DNA of 64,000 nt, taken from NCBI GenBank assembly GCA_964016885.1, contig OZ024740.1, forward strand, positions 229,524,001 to 229,588,000. Reading direction: 5' to 3'. The stretch comes from Eledone cirrhosa. Lineage: Eukaryota. Position numbers and translations under genes: made by a program. Below are positions 56,118-64,000 of this stretch, in pieces; the stretch's first letter is position 1, and each line of letters opens with the position of its first letter. The notes under the pieces are model-generated. The model ran no database searches and was not told where the DNA came from. It saw nothing but the letters and a program-made list of their open reading frames with translations.

Positions 56118-56840
56118 TACTTGGTGCTACTGGTAACATGTATCCCAGTACAACATGTCCCATGGTCGGGTCGTTGGCGACTAAACTGGCAACCCCACCA
56201 AGGTTTCTTGGTGAGGAGGGTGACTTTGGACATCCTGCAGGACTAAAAACAGAACCTGTCACAGGGCAAAGGAGCTCTTAAGAGTCAATGGCCATCCAAA
56301 ATCACCGGGAGAGATGACCCCTTAGCCTTTTTCAAGGCAGAATTCTAGGAGAAGGAAAACTCTGATATAACACCTGCAACCCTGATGGTATCCAATGATG
56401 TTGACTTGTTCTTCTTTTTGGTAAATATCATCTTGGTTAAGAGAATGGGACTGGCTTTGTGCAGTGCCTTTGCTCACTATAAAAGCTTCACGGCACAGGC
56501 ATTGCTTTATATCTGGAGATCTCTCTGCACTTGTCGTCACATGGTACCATGGGCCCAGCACTATGTGTCATAATTGTCACAGGTGTAGTGTTTGTACCAG
56601 AGTTTTCAAGTCGCTGGCTGGACTAAAAAGTCACACTCGTCCAGCGCATCGGTAGGGGTTCTCCTACATGGATATAAAGTAGTGGCCGTACTCGAAAACG
56701 AGTTGGCAGCCACCATGTATGTATGCTGGCTGGACTAAAAAGTCACACTCGTTCAGCGCATCGGTAGGGGTTCTCCTACATGGATATAAAGTAGTGGCTG
56801 TACTCGAAAACGAGTTGGCAGCCACCATGTATGTATGTAT
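56118..56840 (+). mobile_element. Internally deleted RTE-like element with duplicated 3' end and (ATGT)n tail
   Basis: 3' part encodes CSVCTRVFKSLAGLKSHTRPAH (C2H2-like, as at RTE C-termini); 56612-56725 repeated to 56835. Confidence 0.7.
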
Positions 56841-56845
56841 GTACA

Positions 56846-57465
56846 TACATGATGGCTGCCCCCTCGTTTTCGAGTATGGCCATTGCACGATGTACCATTA
56901 TTAATAATTATTAATTAATTCTATCGAGCAATGCCTGTGCGTGAAGATATTTTTTAAAGTGAGGAAAGACTGTGCACTGAGCCAATCCCACTTTCTGAGC
57001 GAAAGTAGCTATAACCCGAAAAGAAGAGAAGATCAACATCATCGGTAACTACTGAGCCGCAGGTTTTATATCGGAGTTATCCCAGTTTCCTGAGTTGCCT
57101 TCTAGAAGAATGCCCTGACAAAGGCTAGGGGTCCTTCACTCCCAGTGGTTTAACCGTGCGATCGGGTATCCAGCCCGACTATTTCAATGTCCCCACGCAT
57201 ATACATACACATGCACCCATGTATATATACATATACATACATATGTACATTTGCATATATATATTTACACACTTTTAGATGGCCGTTGACTCTTATGATT
57301 TCTTCTGCCTTTTGTCAGGTTTTGTTTTTTGCCTTGCAGGGTGCCCAAAATCACCCTCCTCACCAAGTAAACTTGGTGGGGTTGCCGGTTTAGTCGCCGA
57401 CGACCCGACCATACGACAGGTTGTACTGGGTTACATGTTACCAGTAGCACTCAAGAGTGACTCGA
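56846..57465 (-). mobile_element. Related RTE-like element, tail-to-tail with the previous one
   Basis: Reverse complements of the 3' end (56846-56885) and the 5' end (57277-57450). Confidence 0.7.
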
Positions 57466-57553
57466 CATACATATATACATACATATATATATATATGTGT
57501 GTGTCTGTGTGTGTCTGTGTGTGTATGTATGTATGTATATACATACATATATA

Positions 57554-57627
<74 letters not shown>

Positions 57628-57645
57628 CATATATATATATACATG

Positions 57646-57688
<43 letters not shown>

Positions 57689-57690
<2 letters not shown>

Positions 57691-57965
57691 AGGCACGTGG
57701 CCTAGTGGTGAGAGTGTTGGACTTACGATCATAATGTCGTGTGTACGATTCCCGGGCTGAGTTGCGTGTTGTGTTTTTGAGCAAATCACTTCATTTCCCG
57801 TGGCTCCAGTATACTCAACTGAAAAATTATTAGTACCACCAATAGCTGAGGGTTTAACCCTGCGATGGACTGGCGTCTTGTCCAGAGATGAGTCTTGAAC
57901 TCTCAGTCCTTCACACCACGGAAACCGGTATCAACACCAGCCTGATGAGCTCGAGTCAGACTTTA
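57689..57965 (+). mobile_element. tRNA-derived CORE-type SINE
   Basis: gtggcctagtgg A box, cgattcccgg B-box-like, ttgagcaaatcactt core, cctgcgatggactggcgtc tail. Confidence 0.75.
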
Positions 57966-58186
57966 GTCTTTTATATATATATCATTTATTAAGCTATATT
58001 TAGATATAAATGCGATTATTTATATATATGCTTGTATATGTTTATACACACACACACACACACCCACACACACCCACACACACACTCACACGCTCGCGAA
58101 CACACACACACACGCACACGCGCACACTCACACACATACACACATATATATGATTTCGTATATGTAAGTGTGTATATACATATATA

Positions 58187-58231
<45 letters not shown>

Positions 58232-58357
58232 TGCCTGTATTTGCATGTGTGACATAGATAAAGTCAAACTTCTGATATCATGCATGAAATCAGTAGGAGT
58301 TAATAAAATCTGCAACTCTACAGATTCTATAGATTGCGAAAATTCAGTTCTAATGTT

Positions 58358-58402
<45 letters not shown>

Positions 58403-58435
58403 TGAGAAAAACCACAGACCCTCCATCTCAACTCA

Positions 58436-58473
58436 CCTTTTGAAAAGTAGAAGAACTGCGAAACCGGTAAAGG
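58436..58473 (+). ncRNA. Degenerate hammerhead motif in a TA-embedded module (58399-58610)
   Basis: cctt-TTGAAAA-gtag aagaa ctgc-GAAACCGGTA-aagg, then AATAAA. Confidence 0.55.
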
Positions 58474-58604
58474 AACCAAATAAATATATATATTTTTAAA
58501 AAAAATAAGACTCCAGTTGCATTTTCGATTTCATCTCTTTTTCTTTATACTTTCACTCGTGTAGGACACCTCGGTTATTTTTCATTTTGTAAAAAAAACC
58601 ACAC

Positions 58605-58700
<96 letters not shown>

Positions 58701-58753
58701 ATTTAAAACTGCACTGTCCACAAGTGTTTTTTAGCCTTCATATCATGTTCTCC

Positions 58754-58820
58754 TGTTTTATCTGATGAAAACACAAATATTATTGCTTGATGATGTTTTT
58801 GAAATGCGCATAATAAAATA
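58754..58820 (+). ncRNA. Type I hammerhead motif in a TA-embedded module (58696-58856)
   Basis: tgttttat-CTGATGA-aaaca...tgttttt-GAAATGCGCATA-ataaaata. Confidence 0.78.
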
Positions 58821-58850
58821 CATGGAACTCCTTTAACCATCTTTTGATCT

Positions 58851-58919
<69 letters not shown>

Positions 58920-59171
58920 CATACATACATACATACATACATACATGCACATATATATATACATACACATATCTCTCTCTATATATATTGTTATGATATG
59001 ATCGGAAATGTAACAAGCTGTTATCACATACATCTCATATAGAGGAAAAATATGTAATGCGTCGTATATCACAACAGCATCAGTAATAATGTTTGTTATT
59101 ATTTTTGTTATTATTAATTCGACAGTTCCATATGAGTTTCTACTGTATAACTTGGCGTACCTTCCTGTTCC

Positions 59172-59379
59172 TGTGAATTGGCAGTATCGGTAGAGGGTCG
59201 GACACCATGCTTTGACGCATAGAATTACGGCCCTTGCCATTCTGAGTTCAAATCCCGCCGAGGTTGACTTTGCCTTTCATCCTTACGGGGTCGATAAAAT
59301 AAAGTACCAGTAATACACTGGGTAATTTGCTGGCCTTGTGCCAAAAGTAGAAAAAATTATTATTATTATTATTATTATT
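59172..59379 (+). mobile_element. S1 SINE ending in (ATT)8
   Basis: Consensus match; tail ggccttgtgccaaaagtagaaaaa(att)8. Confidence 0.9.
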
Positions 59380-61313
59380 ATAAATTTAGATCAATCGAAA
59401 GCATTCGATAGGGTCGACCATCGGTATCTGGAGTTTGTCCTCAAAGCAGCTGGCTTCGGCCCTGTCTTTAGAAGCTGGATCGTTGCAATGCACAGCGGCA
59501 CACGCTCGGTGGTCAAGGTTAATGGCCATCTCTCGGAACCATTTGGGCTCTCCCGATCGGTCCGTCAAGGGCGCCCTCTCTCTTCCCTTCTGTACGTATT
59601 GACTCTCGAGCCTTTACTGCGGAAGCTGGAGCTGTTGCAGGGCATCCCGCTCGAACCGGGACGTGGAAAGGCGGTGTCGGCTTATGCGGACGACATCACC
59701 GTGATGGTGTCGAACACCTCAGAAATCGAGGTGGTCGACACCTTATTGAAGGAATATGAAAGGTTGACAGGAGCCAAACTTAACCCGGAAAAGTCGGTGG
59801 GCTTGCAGCTCGGAACCTGGAGAGGCAAGCCCATGCCGTCCAACAGCGTCGTGGGGCTCTGGACGGACGGACCAGTAAAGTTGCTCGGGGTTTGGTTCGG
59901 ACCAGACCTCCAGGTGGAAAAGAATTGGGACGAGGTAACGAGCAGAGTAGCCAGTCTCACCCAAAAATGGGCTGGGAGGAAGCTATCACTGAAAGGTCGC
60001 GCGGAGGTGGCGAATGCGTACATCGCGTTCGTCATCTATTACCGCCTAACCGTCGTGCCTTGCCCCCGTCCGCGCCTCGTCAAGTTGGAACGGCTCCTCT
60101 TCAAATTCTTGTGGAGGGGACAAGTTCCGTTGGTGAGGCGGTCCATCTGCTGCCAGCACCCTCTACGCGGAGGGCTGGGCATGCCGTGGCTAATGATGCG
60201 CAGACATGCGTTGAGGCTGCGACATCTCAAGATATTCTGTCTCAATGGTGAACAGGTGTGGTCGCCGTTTATCAGACGGGCCTTTCCGCGGCTCATTTCT
60301 TTGACTGAGCTGCAGTCCTGGGTCAAGAAGAGACCGAGACTGGGTGACTGGCACCTGGAATGTTGCCAGGCACTCACTGCCCTCTACCAAGCGGGCAATG
60401 CGATCAGTGGAACTTCCACTCTCGAGTTCTATAGAGGATTAGTGGTGGGCAAGTGCGATGACGCACTCGGAGAAGCTTTGGGCCTCGACGAAGTCGACCT
60501 GACCAGTCTGTACCGGAGGACTTTTGAGCCGGGGACGATGGACAATTTCCAGAAATCCCTCGCTTGGCAGTGCTACCGGGGGGCACTGCCGGTTCGGGAT
60601 AAACTCTACAGGCACGGAAGTGCTGTCAGACGGACCTGCCCAAGATGCGCACAGAACGACGAAACCGTTCTGCACGCACTTGTCCAATGTCCGTGCATTA
60701 CTGACTTGTGGAGTTATGTCGAACAGCTACTGTCGCGTGTGGAACGAATCCGGTTATCGGCCGAGTCCATAGTGAAGATCGAGCCGCCACCTTCCTTAGG
60801 TCAGGAAGAGCAGGACATTTTCCTCTGTCTGGTGGCAGTTGCGAAATAGATTATATGGTGGACCAGGTTGAAAGGACTAAAGACAGACACTTTTCTCTTC
60901 GGCCAATCCCTCATCAACTTCTTCAAGTTTCACCTGGAAAGGAGGGTGAGGGTGGAGAGAGAAGTCCTGCCCCCCAGTACATTTGCTAAAAGGTGGGTGA
61001 ATGTGGCGAGAATGGCTCGTGTGAATGGGCCTACTCTGACCATGCGCCTATAGGCTGGCTAACTTGAGGAGAGGGGTGCTCTCCTGGGTGCCCTAGAAGC
61101 GCAGGGTGGTTCAGGATTGGTGGGGTACCCGAATCACCCCAGGGTCGGCCACCCCCTATCGGGGAATTTATTTTGTTATATTTTGCATAGTTTATTTTAT
61201 ATTTTTATATTTTCATTGTTAAATTAGTCTTGCCATTGTGCACTTTTACTCGACCTTATTTTAAACCCCCACTGTCCCTGTCTTTAAATGAAATCATTAT
61301 TATTATTATTATT
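59380..61313 (+). mobile_element. 5'-truncated Tx1/L1 copy C
   Basis: RT from NLDQSKAFDRV to the C-terminus; premature TAG at 60847; different 3' UTR ending gaaatc(att)6. Confidence 0.93.
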
Positions 61314-61646
61314 GGCGACCTACGTAGGAAATCGTATTATCGTGAGCTCCACAAATGTTTGTTGTTTTCAGTTGTTTCAAATTGCCAGTTATGGAAACCT
61401 TTTGGTGTTAAGTGTTTATAAATTCACATATATTGCTTTCTGAAAAGGACACTCAATAATATTGAGGCATTGAGCCCCAAATTTAAACTTTTATATTTAT
61501 CAAACAAAACATTTCTTTGAAAAAAAATATGGACGGCTTTCAGCCAGCCATTTCGGCTGACAGCGTTTCTAACAGACTAACATCTTCCACCACCACCACC
61601 ATTGTAAACCTTGCTACGGCTGCCAACACTGAAAATATAAGTAATA

Positions 61647-61835
61647 GTAATTGTTTCTACTTTTGGCACAAGGCCAGCAATTAGAGAGTACATTACTGGT
61701 ACTTTATTTTATCGACACCGTAAGGATGAAAGGCAAAGTTAACCTTGGTGCGATTTGAACTCAGAATGGCAAGCGACGTAACTCTATGCGCCAAAGCATG
61801 GTGTCCGACCCTCTACCGATACTGCCAATCCACCA
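61647..61835 (-). mobile_element. S1 SINE inserted in ORF1 of copy D
   Basis: Consensus match interrupting the open frame that begins at 61529. Confidence 0.85.
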
Positions 61836-63814
61836 TGGCAATTATTTAGATTTGTCACATGCAGACATGGATTTCCCGCCATTACCAATATCTGCAGGTG
61901 TTAAAGCCGCGACCCCTACCACCACAATGTCAAAAAGAACAACCAACACCACTGATACCACCACCACCACAACCACCACCAGAGCAACAACTAAAATAAA
62001 AATAAATTACTATCTCATGATATCGAAACGCCGAACGCCAAACACCACTGACACCACCACCAACACCACAACTGAAACTAAAAATAATAATAACAAAAAT
62101 AACAATAACAACAACAGCAACAACAGCAACAATAAGAATAACAACAACAACATCAACACCAGCGCAAAACCAAATGTGCCGTTTGCTAAAGCGGCAAACG
62201 AAAATGAAACGGTTGAGGTAAGCCAGGAAGAATTGAATGAAGCCAAGCGAATGGTAAAAAATATGGTTACAGGGTCAACCTCCCCCCCACCATCTAATGC
62301 CATGGAGCATCGGCGCCTATGCAACGTGTCATATCACACGATAAACATTAAAACGCGCCGAGTGGAACGGGCACCCGAGTCCCAGATACAAAGAGCTTTG
62401 GGACATGTGTGGGCTCAAAAAACCCACATCAGACGTGGGCAAAAATATGGAACCGTGGACGTGTTCTTTGGAACCCCACAGGAAGCCAGAGAGCACTCCA
62501 TGGCCCCATTAAAAAGTGACGAGTTCACACTCGTCCCAAGCTATTGTGGTCAGAGGCTGGTAAGGATCAGGGTGACCCAGGTTCTGCCGGCCATTGAAAT
62601 TCCCTGGTTAATGGCTGACGTCCTCGCCGAATCGAGGCCGACACTAAAGTAATTGAGGTGATAAAAGTAAAGAAGAAATGATCCGGATCTGGGATGGAGC
62701 TCCGGATCCAAGCGGACCAAAAAAAAAACATACAGGGAATTTCAGAGGTGATAGACCTCAATGACGGCAGCCACCTCACCGTAATCGTTGAGGGTAGAAG
62801 GCCTAGGTGTATCGTTTGTGGCGAAGGAAGCCACCTAAAGGCTTTCTGCCCTCAGGCTAAAAAGTTGAGGCCACCTCTCTTGCCCACCCCAGTGACTCAA
62901 CCATCAAAATTAGCAGCAGAAATGGCAGCAGCAACTGTAGCAGCAACAACTGTAGCAGCAACAACTGTAGCAGCAACAACTGTAGCAGCAACAACTGTAG
63001 CAGCAACAACAGAAGCAACTGTAGCAGCAAAAACTCCAGCAACAGTAGCAAAACCAACACCACCACCCACCGGGCCAGAATTAGCACCAGCGCCTCCACC
63101 ATCCACCACGCCTCAACCAAAACAAACGCCTGTGGACGATTTTCCACTCCCCGACCTCTCGCAACGGGAGACAGACTGTGACGACGAGGAGGAGTGGGAA
63201 ACTGTATCTGGAAAAAAGACAAAAAAAGACCCCCCTCCTCCCAAACAAATCCTCTTTCTCCGCCCTCCAAAACAAAATGCCGGGCGAAACAAACAAACAA
63301 ACTAACAAAAAAATTAAGACAGCTATGTCACCACCCACAACCCACAACCCCAGCCCCATCACCACAAACACCAACACCATCACCATCATTAACCCCAACA
63401 CCACCATCACCAACACCACAACAGTCACCAAAGAGAGAACCAGAAATAAACCTACAACAAACGCAAACAAAACAAAGCAACCAAAACGATATACACTACA
63501 CAGCATTAAATTTGAACAACCACCAATTATTACACTACATCCAACACAACACCAGCATCACAGAAAAAGACTATACAACACCTCAAAAATTCACACCACC
63601 TCCACACATACAAATCACTCGCATCACACAGAAAACATACACAACACTAAAATTAAAAAGACATCGGAGACTTCCGACAAACACTCTCCGGGAGGATTTA
63701 TAAAGACATCCTTCCGGAGGGGGCCACAAATGGAGAGAAGAATGGAGGAACCATCCTTCCTCCACAAGAAGTGAAGTAAGTAGTCTTTCCCATCTTTTTC
63801 CACTCCTTTTCAAC

Positions 63815-64000
63815 ATGACCTCACTCAGAATAGGCAGCATAAATGCGCGTGGCCTGGGGTCGTCATGGAAGCAGGGCCACCTGCTGAACGACCTCAGGTC
63901 CCTAAACATAGATGTGGTGGCCATTAGCGAGACCAGAATCTCTGAAGCACGAGCCTTCGCACCGATCTTCGGCGGCTACGATGTATACGCATCTACCAGC
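63815..64000 (+). CDS. ORF2 N-terminus (APE domain) of copy D, partial
   Basis: MTSLRIGSINARGLGSSWKQG...; 10 differences in 186 nt from 41742-41927. Confidence 0.85.
   Translation, partial: MTSLRIGSINARGLGSSWKQGHLLNDLRSLNIDVVAISETRISEARAFAPIFGGYDVYASTS

Larger units (their letters stand above)
61314..64000 (+). mobile_element. Tx1/L1 copy D: 5' UTR, frameshifted ORF1 (ATG probably 61529) and start of ORF2
   Basis: ORF1 homology (VERAPESQIQRALG, LVPSYCGQ, CIVCGEGSHLKAFC) spread over several frames; runs off the window. Confidence 0.9.

Noticed and set aside
56118-56225. Twister or HDV-like ribozyme at the RTE-like 5' end
   Set aside because: Hairpins are present but I could not assemble either consensus fold
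59338-59380. ORF start MPKVEKIIIII
   Set aside because: SINE tail and ATT run fused in frame to a truncated RT
61786-61835. ATG for ORF1 of copy D
   Set aside because: Lies in an antisense SINE; 61529 has a context like the start of copy A

Overview
Gene-poor, repeat-saturated eukaryotic DNA. The SINE families and microsatellite density suggest an octopod cephalopod (inference). No host gene is supportable, and almost all short ORFs are microsatellite artefacts. Contents: one intact full-length L1/Tx1-type retrotransposon (39396-45475; CCHC ORF1, APE-RT ORF2) plus three damaged relatives, all four directly 3' of (ATT)n runs; a degenerate Penelope-like element (RT + GIY-YIG) inside a non-autonomous Helitron; a second complete Helitron; roughly 25-30 tRNA-derived SINE copies; RTE fragments; hAT and mariner-type MITEs; a 3.5-kb E-box satellite; long inverted repeats; and many short, mostly (TA)n-embedded Penelope pLTR-like modules carrying hammerhead ribozyme motifs. 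The most interesting pattern is that each retroelement family occupies its own microsatellite (PLE in TA, Tx1 and a SINE sharing its 3' tail in ATT, RTE in ATGT). Coordinates were read by eye; ends of degenerate repeats are approximate.
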